Both the position numbers and the translations under genes were made by a program. The notes under the pieces were generated by a model, which worked only from the letters and a program-made list of their open reading frames with translations, made no database searches and was not told the DNA's origin. 64,000 bases of DNA, taken from NCBI GenBank assembly GCA_964187785.1, contig OZ076421.1, positions 27,838,001-27,902,000 of the forward strand, written 5' to 3'. Shown piece after piece: positions 50,141 through 62,100 of this stretch (the first letter of the stretch is position 1; each line of letters starts with the position of its first letter). The stretch is from Amphiscolops sp. MND2022. Lineage: Eukaryota.

Positions 50141-53100
50141 TTCGTTTAATTGGTAGTAAGGACGTTGATCACAATTCTGGAAGAGCTTCAAGCTTCAATA
50201 CAGAGACAAGAGTCAGAGAGGAGTCCACGCAACGAAAGGGCCCGTAATGGTAATAATGAACAAATTCCCTTTTCTACCAGATAAAGTTTCCCGCCAATAA
50301 TACACTTAATCACACCTTTCCATGCAATACCCTTTCCATACATTTAGCAGACAGGTCACAAGAATTCTTATAACTACTCATATAACTTGTTATAACTGGG
50401 CCCTTTCCCAGCGCTCTTATCAGTGGTTACTACCAAGTTTATTTATCCATATGAAATTTCTTCAATTTCTTCATTTCTTCCATTGAAGTACTTCAATTTC
50501 GTTCAATTTTCCGTTTATGGTGGCTAGCTCAGTACGTTGGTTGAAACATTCTGCGCAAACGTGAAATCTATTTCATTCATATCCCATAAACTTTAGGAAT
50601 AGAACGCTGAAGAGAAAGTGAGTGTTGTTTCTTCCGGCTATGAGAATGAAGTAGCAAATGAAAGTTTAATCGTATCTTGGCAAACTGTGGAACATTTATT
50701 ATGTCGAATGAATGTGCAAAATAACAATGTGGTACTAAATGTGAGTCGTTTCAGTATAGGGAGTAACTATAAATAGACGACATATTTGTATTTATTCATT
50801 CCACGATATATACAATTGTTGGTGTGGACTAAAGCTATCAAATTTTCGGGACTTATATAGTAGTTGCCTTATTATCGCAAAAGATATGCCGACCATTTCA
50901 TTATAATGTTGTAAACCCGACCTAATTTCGAGTACTTGGTTAATAGATTGAAAATGTAACATGCGAACAAGAAACTAGGACTGTTTTTAATGCTGGTTGT
51001 AATTGCCATTTCGGGGCTATTATGTTTATTCACATTTGAAGACGCCGATAATAAGTTAGATTTCTCCATAAAAACAATTGTAACTTGACTGTTCAATGTT
51101 AATGGTGTACGCTCTTGACCCCGAAACTGCCAAAAAATCGAAGGGATAACCCTTTGGGCTAAAAGTTTCTTGACTGAAAACATGAAAAACGTGATATAAA
51201 AATATATAAATTTTTAAATCAAGTGAAGAGTAGAAAAAATGAATACCCTTGGCCCTCTTTGTAAGGCTTACTGAAACACTTTTTAGAAACTTTTTGGTCA
51301 TTTCGACCGGATAGGAAAAATCAACAAGCAAGTGTGACAGCACCTTTTGAAAGAAATTTGAACCGGAAAAGTCACTGGAATACAAAATATGAAAAACTAA
51401 AAAGTATCAGAGTAGTGTCTGGGGTTACCCTAGTCAAGACAGCTGGAGCTTTTAAATGCCGCATGCAGTTATTTAACTCCGTTTTTTAAAACAATCTGTT
51501 GGGCATCTTTTAGAAATCATAGTACACTGAGGTACCAAAAAGCCAAAGACACTCCTTTTTGCTTATGATCATTTTTAATGGCAAAAACATTGTAGAGTAT
51601 TGTCTGGGGTCATCCAAGTCAAGACTGCTGGAACTATTAAATGATGCAGGCTGCACGCACGGTGGTAAACCTTGTACATTTTCATTTTCACGAGTTTCCA
51701 CAGCTGCAAATCGAACCAGGAAGGTTCCTCAATTCGTTACCGGTACAACCACGTTGTATTCACACTTTGAGTTCTCAACAACCTCTCTGACCGAGATGAC
51801 ATTAGTTTGTATTTTTTTGTTCGAAAGTGTAATTGATATCTCGTTAGACTGCGCTGAACGAAGTGAAACTTTCAAACTTTTTCACTTCTTTGAGACGAAA
51901 TAGCCCTCAAATATGCTTCAAAAAACGAATTTTAGAAAGTACCAAAACATTGTCTGTTCAAAAACCGTCGCGCTGCGATGTGTTTCGTATACTGTTACAA
52001 AAGGCCACGGAAAAATTATGATTTACAAAACTCAATTGTTCGAAAACGAAAAAGAAACGGAATAGTCCCAATTCAAATTTCTTTTTAGATATTAAAATTA
52101 ACTGCATTCGATCTGAAATGCTTTGAAGTTTCAAAACGGAGACTAATTGGCTCATTGCTAAACATCCACAGCAAACGAAAAATCGCAATGGGCGTCATTG
52201 TGTGGGTATGTGAGCCCGTCACTGATTGGTGGACATCAGTGCAATGTGGATTATGAAGTCCAGGATCTTGACTGTCAGGTTGTTGTAGGACGTCTATAGA
52301 CACACTGTCCCAAGACTTTTGAGCGCGCTTCTTCCCATTTGCTCCAGCTGGTGTGGTAGTTCTGCTGTCTCTGGTTCTGGGCAGCAGTGAGGACAGATGG
52401 GGTTTGATGATACACCAAATATGTCTTGTATCCATCAGACTGGTATCTCGATGTGCCCTCAGTCTGTAATCAATGTTTTTTCTTTCATGCTCCTGTTCAC
52501 TGACCGCTCCAAAGGCCGACCATTTGTGGCTCTTCTATGCTTGCTGTCTTCCGGAATTAGACAAAAATACTCTTCCCTGGCCTTCATCGCGGCCCATCTG
52601 ATTCTGTTAGCTGAGGTCCAAGTTCTTTCTCAGACACGTGCGGCATTCGTACCCCTGCTTCGAGGCCCCAGTCACTACACAGACACAGCCAAGAGGGAAG
52701 TTTGTTCGAGTAATCTAGTAATTCCAGGCAAAAAATCAGGAAAAACTGGCAGAACTTCAATTTTTTTCAAAAAAGATTCGTTTTTGCTTCAATTTGCGGA
52801 TTAGCATATGATACAAAACAACTCAGCAGTTAGGTTTTCAGACTTGCAGGTACGTTAGTGGACTTGTCGCCCAAAAAAAGGAATCTGTTTCGTTTAACAC
52901 TTTCCGACGGATTTTATCGAACTTTTACCTTCTGATAGTGCCATAGTTGCATCTCCGACATTACTTTAACTAGCTAAGCTGCAAAAGGAAATGTTCTATT
53001 TTCTAAGTCAAGTTCCAAAAGTCTTTCAACGTCGTTGATTTTACGATGTGGGAACGTTATAGGTCATCTCGGCAAAAGTTTGATATACTAGTTTCCCCTA

Positions 53101-54405
53101 ATTTCTAAACTTCATCATAAGCTCAGTAAAATTTTTTGATAAAAACTTCACCTTGTAATTACTTATACCAGTCGCAAGAAAAGTGCATACCCAGTTCACG
53201 CCCTCTACTGCGGTTTAATGCGCTGAAGACTTCATTTTCTATCCTATTTTTCAAAACAGTAAATGTTATATATTATATGTGGAATACTAAATCTCCGAAA
53301 AGAACCTTTACTGTTGGTTTTTTTTCAGTGTGTAGTTTGCTTAATCGATACTCAAAGATCAGAAAGCAGCTTGCTTTTACAAAAATGACTTTCTATCCGT
53401 TCAACGAGAATGGCACCATGCGTTTTATTCATGAGGCAAATAGTTAATTTAGCCCGTAATTATCAAAATTTCTCACTTTGTTTGTACATTTCTCCAACTA
53501 CACATCGATAACTTGGGATATTAGAAGTAATCGGCAAGACAAAATTATTTCTGGTAAATTATAATAATAAAAATGAAGCTGGGAAGACACAACAGAAATA
53601 AAAAAAATACTCCGACGTAACGCGCTTCATTTGTATAGATGGTGTTTCAACATCTGAATGTTCGCTATATGAAACGAAAGTATTCTCAACATTAGTTTTC
53701 ACACTAACTTTTTAAAAGCAAACAGGCAACTGTTCGTCTGTTCAATATTGCAGAGGGATATTCTCCATCAACCGTTATGAACACTTCATTGAGACTCAGA
53801 TTTCTTTTAATGCCCTGGTGGTCTTATAAAGTTTTAAATTTCATAAGGAATGATTTTCGTCGACGCTTTTTGTAACGAAGTTTGAAGTTTGACTAGTACA
53901 GCGGTAAGAATTTTGTCAAACCAGACCTCTCACTGAATAGTCTTTTTTGAAGAACTGGTTCTCAAAGCTTGCTTCCCAAACAGGTAGTGTGTTCGAGTCC
54001 CGCTCAGAACTAATAGTTTTATTTGCTAAATTTTGGCGGGATCAAAGAGTGTAACTTTTTCGCCACAGTGCAACTTTTCTAAATGTTTAAATTTGAGTTG
54101 AAACTAACATTAAAAAGACGGAGAACTTGAAAGATCCTTTCAATGATCATCGCTGCAACTACAAGACTTCTCCGAATTCATTCATTTTGTTAAAGCTTCC
54201 CTACCGTCGTAGGGCAGAAAAAAAACAAACGGAGGGTCCGTCTATCTTTGAACAAAATTTTACACCTTTCACAAAAACAGAAGAGACCAAATGGTCCTTC
54301 CTTTCGATTTTGTTCATCAATGTGTGAGATTTTTCAATTTCACCAGAGCCATCCTTTGGTTGTTTGAGCCTTACGGTTAGGTTCTCCCATGGATAATTTT
54401 TGGAA

Positions 54406-54729
54406 TTAACAATTAAATTCAGCCCCATTCATACAAAAACCTTCGTATTGCGGTGAGCAATCGGAGTAAAAAGTTCCTGTTGAATTTATAGGTTGTTCAA
54501 ACTTGGTTGACTTTATTTCTCTAGACGCTTTGTTTACTGTTTTGTCTTTGTTTACCACAACCAATTCAGCTCCGATCACCAGCAGTACCACGCTGGCAAT
54601 TATGGAGACGATGATTGCGCAAATAACTGTAAAAATTAGTGTGCGACTTTTCATTGTTCCTTGTTTGACCTTTTTGTCATCACTTTTTGATGCTCCATTC
54701 TTAACAACTGTGCACACTTGCCAGGTCAT
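54406..54729 (-). pseudogene. Hydrophobic segment followed by the first half of an EGF-like domain; exon or pseudogene fragment
   Basis: LIFTVICAIIVSIIASVVLLVIG then DCSPQYEGFCMNGAEFNC*. The C-x7-C-x-NG pattern is EGF-like but the domain is incomplete and no downstream exon was found. Confidence 0.35.
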
Positions 54730-55330
54730 AAAATTATTTGCAGTGTAAGTGAGACCTCTTCTAAAGCAAACAGTGTAATTTAAATGTTTGTAAAACGGTC
54801 GTAAAAATCAAGGATTAGACCCGTTGTTAACTGCCAAACCCCAAAGGACACCCCCCGTTGTGAACCCTCCCATCTTCCATACTACTGTCATCTTTGTTCA
54901 TTTTTACGGTAATTTTTCCAAAAAATTTTCCATAATTCCTCAAAAACAGCTTCTGAGCATATTTGAAACAACGCTTTGTTCCAGTCTTGATTTTTGAGCG
55001 GGAGTTGTTTTTTTTACGGTGAAACTTCAGCTTCAGTCACCCAAAGAGGCAAAGCCTAAAAATGTGAATTTATGCGTCAATGTCCAAATTTGTTGCCCAT
55101 TGCAACATAATTCGAATTCAACATAACAGTTGAATATAATTCGATAATCCTGGAAAAAGGGCGCTACTACTTTGTATCCGAAGGTCATGTATATTAGCTA
55201 AGCTCTAAAAATTCGTAAACACTTGCGGGCCAAAGGGTAAGCGTGACTAATGCTTCTAAAATGTTCAGACTATTCACGTTCTCGAACATGTAACACGAAA
55301 AATTTCAATTCAACTTCAAAAAGATATAGA

Positions 55331-57160
55331 CTATTTGAGACGGTCATCTAGCTTGTGCTCTGGATAAAAGGAGTCAACTCTGTTAGGAGGGTGCAAAAAA
55401 GTTTGTGAGCAGCCTCGAATAGTTTTCAGCTCATCAAAATAACGGGCTTCGAATTTGTGTCTTAGTCTCTTCAGAAGAATGTTGAGTAGATTGTTCTCGT
55501 GAGGTGGAGTGATTGCTGGTTCCAAGGCTGGGAAAGGGTTGCCCACAAGTTCTAACACACATCTGCAATAAAAATTATGATTGTTTTGAGGAAAAACTGG
55601 AAAACATTTTCTTCAATTGAAAAAAAAACAAATCAGAAGAAAAGAGAAACAAAAAGCCAGAGAGGTATTTTTAGTTTCAGGGATCTAGTTTATGGCAACA
55701 AAAGCAAAGAATGCTATTTTGAATAGAATCATCTGATACAAGTCTTGACATGAATAATTGTTCTTCAGTGTATTAATGTAATGCCATTACAAGGCACACT
55801 AATTACAAAACTAGCATTCTCACCTTTCTGTACCTTGGCCCGGATCCAGTCCATTGCCTTCGGGTGGCACCCTGTAGAATCTTGTGTAAGACCCAAAATC
55901 GTGCTGAGGTCCGAATCGAGGCACGATGACATTGAACAATTTGTAAATGAGGTTTTTATCATTGATGTAATAATCGGCTAGCTTCATGGCTTCTGGGTCC
56001 TGAAACTCATCAATAATAACCAGCTTTATCATCCGGATACAACTCAACAGGACTTGACAGTAGTTTGTTCAGAAGTGTGTATCAACTTTTTGATAGAAGA
56101 CTTGTGAATGAGTGTCTCGGTTTAAAAAGCTCAGTGTTATTTTCACGACCTTGTTTTAGTGACTGTGTCCATTCGAATTGCGGGTATATCTACGAACAAA
56201 ATTGAGCCTTTTCTTCAGGAGCATCGTTCTCAGTAGATGAATGAGAGCTCAGGTCATTACAATTGAAACAACGTCGTCTGCATACCCGATTATTTTTTCT
56301 TCCTGTTTGAAAGCGTTTGAATACAATTTTGGTAATCACTTTCCATGCCAAAAAGTTTTTGTTCATGAAATGTAACCTTCCATATGATGATTCTTTGTAA
56401 CAGAACTTTCGGTTGAAACAAGAGCCAAAGAACAAAGGTTTAGTAAGCATTAGAACAAATCATCAGTAAGCATTTCTGCAACAATTCTTTTTCTTTCAGC
56501 AATAATTGTTCCATGTGATCAATGATGAACGGTCTAACCAGAATTTAAACATCGATCGGTCGAATAATTCGGTAGATCAGCTCAGATGGAAATTATAACC
56601 AATAAATACAGTATTGTTGACCAGTAATGCAACTGGCCACAAAGTTGGCAGTAACTTTTACACTGATTACATGTCACTATTAGCACCTTCAAATTCTATA
56701 GGGTACACTACACATTGATTGAAGCAAGCAGTTTGTAAAAATATTAAAATTCCGTTTTCATGCAAAATTTTACTGCAACTCTTCCTACAGAATGAGAAAA
56801 CATAACATGGAATATGATTTGGAATCTAACCTGAGGGCCATATCTTGCGGTATGAATAATTCTTTCCAGATACTGCCGCGTTTCGTGTCCCAGAGGATAA
56901 GGTAAAATCATCCGCTCATTGCACATCATATCCGTGACGCATTTCTGGAGCTGACTAATTCTAGTGTAGGGACCACCTAATCCCCTTTTTCGTTTTTGCA
57001 GTTTTTCATCCATTACTCTGTACCCTTTGTAAGGATTCACTTGTCCAGAAGCGTCTTCTCTCAAAGCAGGGGGCACATAACCCGGTCTCTTGGCGGTATA
57101 TGGGGTGTACTTCCAGCGTGGAAGGGGGTATCGGTGTCGCTTCAGAGAAATTGGTGCCAT
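55331..57160 (-). CDS. MRPL17: Mitochondrial ribosomal protein bL17m, 245 aa; exons 57160-56831, 55999-55824, 55562-55331
   Basis: GGPYTRISQLQKCVTDMMCNERM...ETRQYLERII, AMKLADYYINDKNLIYKLFNVIVPRF...SYTRFY and CVLELVGNPFP match the animal bL17m pattern. GT-AG introns, phases 0 and 2, 738 nt. Confidence 0.88.
56050..56700 (-). mobile_element. Possible non-LTR RT relic in MRPL17 intron 1
   Basis: Only IIGYADDVVSIV (YADD at 56284-56273) is recognisable; the boundaries are guesses. Confidence 0.3.
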
Positions 57161-57567
57161 CTCAACGAAATTCAACAAATGCACTCAATCTGAAAGAAGG
57201 AGCATTATTAACCAATTACACTATTACTATAGAAATTTGATAAATATTCTAGATGAGAAAACTAAAAATTAATTCAAATCTATTATTAGATGTAGGTTCA
57301 AGAAGAATTACTCAACGAATTAGAAGTTTTATGGATTCAACAAAAGTCTACGCTAGCTTACAGCGGCTACAGCAGATGAATCCCCAAGAACAGGAAAGCT
57401 TTTGGGTCCAGCATTTTACTCGAACGTCACTGGAATATCATCTGCGGGGTAAAAGGCCAAGTTGCACAGGAATATACCCCTGGAACGCTTAGGCTCAAAT
57501 TGACATGGGCGTCCTAGAATTGACATGAACTCGCATGTTTGAAAATTGACAAACTTGTAACAAGACA

Positions 57568-58476
57568 TCAAGAAAACTTTTGTATGACTCTTGATTTTGT
57601 CACTCTTGTGTTTCTATTATAAGCGCGGATGCGATCAAGAAGAGGAAGGTTTTCAATAGGCCGGTTCGATAGCGAAAACTCCTGGTATGAAAAAGGGTCA
57701 TATGGGATTCGGCCTTGACTTTCGGCTAATTGAGTAATTTTAATAACAGATGATTCGTCAATGTTGAACCCCGAAGGTAATAGAAAAGGCTTCGACATTA
57801 ACTCGTGGGTTATTGCGTCCTTAAACTCCTCAGGACAATCTCCATCTATAAACGGTTCATTAATTTGTTTAGGAGGTTCAGATTCATTACGAACGGTGAT
57901 TGACGTTTCTGACGGTGTGTGCGAAACGCCAGAATGAAAAGAATCGAAACATTGTTGTCTGCAAAATAAATTTAGGCTACTCAAACAAGGCGTGCCGGCA
58001 TTCTTCATTCCTCTTATTTTGATTAACAAACGTCGCACTCCCGATAATACATCAGCAGAGACACGACAATGTTCCTGTTGCAATTCCCATCGTGAGAATA
58101 CTAAATATTTTGGGTAGTAATCAGAATTGGCAACAAATGCGGCCACTTTGCGCTCTCTGCTGATAATTGTACCATTTTTCAACAAGCCTTCACATAGGGT
58201 AAAAACTTCGAGTGAACTGACCACTTGCTCACCGACACATATTCCTATCACGATTGTATCAATATCGTTCCGCTCTTTGAAATTTATTGCAATGCTAACA
58301 GGAGGTCGCACAAAATTAGCTGCAAGAAACCCTCTACTACGAGAATTTGAATCGTCGCTGATCAAATTGGTGACTTCGAAACCATCCGTGCAAACTGAAG
58401 AAGCCTCAATTGACTCAATCGACAAGCTATGGCTAATGTCCCTCTCGATTATTGGATACCCAGTTGAATTACTCAT
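57568..58476 (-). CDS. UBOX5: U-box domain-containing protein 5 (RNF37) homologue, 302 aa, single exon, no C-terminal RING
   Basis: DGFEVTNLISDD...RGFLAANFVRPPVSIAI matches the UBOX5 N-terminal domain. CPEEFKDAITHELMSKPFLLPSG...GRIPYDPF is the U-box. First ATG at 58476; the track start at 58512 is TTG. Confidence 0.87.
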   Translation of the reverse strand: MSNSTGYPIIERDISHSLSIESIEASSVCTDGFEVTNLISDDSNSRSRGFLAANFVRPPVSIAINFKERNDIDTIVIGICVGEQVVSSLEVFTLCEGLLKNGTIISRERKVAAFVANSDYYPKYLVFSRWELQQEHCRVSADVLSGVRRLLIKIRGMKNAGTPCLSSLNLFCRQQCFDSFHSGVSHTPSETSITVRNESEPPKQINEPFIDGDCPEEFKDAITHELMSKPFLLPSGFNIDESSVIKITQLAESQGRIPYDPFSYQEFSLSNRPIENLPLLDRIRAYNRNTRVTKSRVIQKFS

Positions 58477-59108
58477 CTTTACATGGGTTGGACTAAAGTA
58501 GAATCGACACAAACCAAGAACTGCGTAGACAAGCAGAGACCAAACGTTCAGTGTCTATCATACGGTGACTGCGCCTGGTCTCGAATTTAAAATGTCATAG
58601 ATCTGAAATGAATACTGAACATGTAACTCACCAGGTCACTGTAAATAGCATTAGAATCAAACTAAAAAATTTTTTCTCTATCAGATATCATGGATCTTCG
58701 TCATCAATCAAGTGCCATGTGTACCATCATGTTGGGGGGAGAAGACACACACCCGTGGTCTGCAACGAAAGTAGGGGACCCCATACCAGCCACTATAACA
58801 GTAACAAAAAAACAACCAACAGACTACTCAAACCAGTCACTATGTGTAACGTCAAGCTAACAGCTACATTCTAGAACCGGGACAATGCTCAGGTTGCCTT
58901 AACAAGAGACCAGTGTCTTACAACAACCTAAACATCAGTTTTTGGTCCCAAAAGGTCTCAGTAGGGACTTTTCAAAGACGTCCTGGAGACTCCTTGATTC
59001 TTCGTGAAGCTCGAAAATCAAAACTTCGTTTCAACACTTGGATTGGGTTGACAACGTTTAGGAATTTAGGTCTTAGTTCTTTGTGAGGTGGTTTCAAAAG
59101 TAGTTAGT

Positions 59109-62100
59109 TGAACAAGAGAATGACTGAATTTCAAAGATATAAACATAATACTGAGGTTAAATAAATTAGTGAAGGAAAATCAACAATATCAAACATGCTA
59201 CAAGGCGGGAATTACCTTTTCATTCATAAAAATGAACGTGTACACGTATGCATTGTACAACGAAATTTTGTATAGTTACTTTTCAATACCAAAGATTAAA
59301 ATCAATGAATACACATAAAAATCAGTATATTATAGCAGCAAAAACATGTAAAACATACGGAAGATGTATCAAGTCACGCAATTGAGAGAATCAGCAGAGA
59401 TAAGCGAATAGGTGAAAAATAGGGCTTTTTTGTGACCAAAATAAAATGGCGGAATACATGATTTGGAGGAAAATGCTTATTAGCTGGATAGTTTACAACT
59501 AATTTAAGTGCACTGTTATAGTTTTTTTAATTGCAGTTGCGTGCGATGAGATTTAGGCTTCAATAGTGGATCCCAGTTCCATAGACTATGGGGGACGTCG
59601 AGGGGGTTCTTTTTCTCAGAAGTCACTGTATACCAAAATCAATAGAACAGTGCACTTTGTACTTTCGGTTTGTTGTTGTTGCGTTCTTTCCTGTTCTTTT
59701 CTATCCTCTATCTGCGTTGCAATATGGTCACTAAATTTCGGATGATTTTATATAAGACATGTCTGATACTACCTTTCCCAGAAGAATACTAGTTGATGCA
59801 GACTATAGGGAGCAGGAAAAGTGGGAAGACCATTGGTTTGAGGATTGGGTGACTCAAGAGGAAGAGGAAGATGGTAGAGAGTATGCTAAGTTGAGGATTC
59901 CGCCGAGAAAGTTGGGTTGGGAGCGTGGTAACAAGTTTTTCGGTCGTCGGAACAAAGGCCCACATGGTTGGCATGCTCATCCTCGCCGTAAACGTTTGAC
60001 GGCCCGGCGCAAACCTCAAGCCAGGGAAATGAATCGACAATATCGGCCGTTTGGGAAGAAGGCTTGTGAGGAGGCTTGGAGGCGGGATGCGTCCTTGCAA
60101 TATCGAAGACTGCTTCTGGAGGCACGTCCAGACTTAAAGCCTTTGTGGCGAGTGGTTGACTCTGATGATGAGCCGTTATCAGAGATCAAGAAGAGTATTG
60201 AATTAAAAAGGCTGGTTGAAGAGGAGCTGCAAGCAGAAGCGGCTCAGGGTGCTAGTACCTCGTATTGGTGCCTTCTTTTGTCTTGTGGTTACCCTCTTCT
60301 TCTGTTAAAGTTCTTCTTGTCTTTCGGTAAGTTCATTCCGCCCACCTTGAGCAATCCCAGTTGCTCAACTTAAAGGAAGTTTTCTCAACTTGATCACAGG
60401 TTTTACATACTCTCCACGTGCCGTTTTCACTTTAACAACTCGACAAATATTGTCTTGTCCACGATAAGCCTCAACAATTCGTCCCAGAGGCCATTGAAGT
60501 GGCGGTGTAGTCTCGTCTGTTACAAAAACAATGTCTCCTTCTTCAAGGTTTGAAGTTCCATCGCGATTCCACTTTCGTCTTATCTGAAGTGTGGTTAGAT
60601 ACTCAGAGCTCCAGCGCTTCCAGAAAAGAAATATCAATCGTTTCAAAAAACTCCATCTTTTTTGCGGGTTGACATCTTCTTCACGAATTTGGAAAGGACT
60701 AGTTTTCTCTGCAACTGAAAGGTATCGAATTTCCTTGCCATTGACAAGCATGGATGGCGTGAGCACCATGTCATCCGTTGGATCATCAGATGCTTCGATG
60801 AGTGGCCTAGAGTTGAGGATTGATTCGATATCGCAGATTAGTGTGGCAAGTTCTTCATAGTTCAGGACATTGTTTCCCATTGTCTTCTTGAGATGACGCT
60901 TGGCCGACTTGATTCCTGATTCCAAGAGGCCTCCCCAGTGCGGTGATCCTGGCGGAATCATGAACCATTGGGAACCCAAATCAATTGCAAGAATTGGTAA
61001 AGATTCCTTTGTGTGGTCCTGAGACAAAACTTCTTCAAGAAGCTTCAGCTCGTTTGCGGTTCCCACAAAATTAGTTCCATTAACGGAATACATTCGAACC
61101 GGTGCACCTCTACGAGCAACAAAACGACGCAGAGCAGCTGTACAAGCAGGTGTACTGAGTGACGATACAAGTTCCAGATGAATGGCCTTTGTTGAGAAAC
61201 AGACGAATAGTGCCATGTAGCATTTGAATGTTTCCTTTGTTTGGAAGTCTTTGACAGTGAAGGCACCAGTGAAGTCGACGCCCGTGTGCGTGAATGGTGG
61301 CGATGGTGTAATCCTTTCTTCTGGTAGATCACCCATGAAGGTGCTTGCATCCTGGATTTGTAGCGAAAACATTTGATGCAGTTGTGGATGTGTTTTCGAA
61401 TGAGAGTTTTGGCTTGAATGATCCAAAAATTCCGTCGAACTTCTGCCAGGGTAGCGTTTGCCCCAGCGTGTAGCATCTTCAGGTGCACATCTACGATGAT
61501 CAATCTTGAAAGTGGGCTTTCTTTTGGAATCAGGATGGGGAAGCGCTTCGTTTCGGCAGATGTCCAACTATTTCTAATTCTTCCGCCCACCTTGAGGATC
61601 CCATCCCCAATAAAAGGATGAAGCTGCAACAATGGACTTTTCCGGGGTAGTGGACGTTCATTTTGTAGGCAAGCAATCTCTTCTTCGAAATGGAGTCCTT
61701 GCTCCCATCGAACAATGTCTTCAAGGACCTTTTGCCAGAATTTGAGTGATCTTGGACCATTCTTCTTCAAAAATAGCAATTTTTTGAGACCAGAATTTTT
61801 CATTCTCAGCTTGTCGATGAAGAAACGAACATAACAGTGCACTTGAATAGCTTTGGACAGAGTGCACTGTTCGTTTAGATTGAAGCGATCCTGATCCTGC
61901 GTGTCTGAAAATGGTCTCAAAAAACATAAAATGTGGCTTTTCTTCCTCTCGGTGTCCGTTTTGCTAGTTTGCAGTTGTTTAGGAATGCTCAGACATCCTA
62001 TCCATCTTGGACCGTTCCACCAGAGTGCTGCTGAGTCTAATTGATCTGCTGATACTCCTCGAGTTGCTAGATCAGCTGGGTTATCTTCACTTGGGACGTG

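Noticed and set aside
50750-51400. Possible Polinton-type DNA polymerase B relic (KG-YPF-like and DENNQYG-like traces); similar virus-like traces at ~48190-48400 and ~14900-15700
   Set aside because: Motifs appear only after assuming several frameshifts; not supportable without a profile search.
53945-54010. tRNA-like segment with B-box GTTCGAGTCC (also an A-box-like TAGCTCAG at ~50525)
   Set aside because: No complete cloverleaf or matching A/B-box pair; at most a tRNA-derived SINE relic.
58608-58874. His/Gly-rich plus-strand ORF divergent from UBOX5
   Set aside because: Short, alternative splice readings are inconsistent, and no family was recognised.
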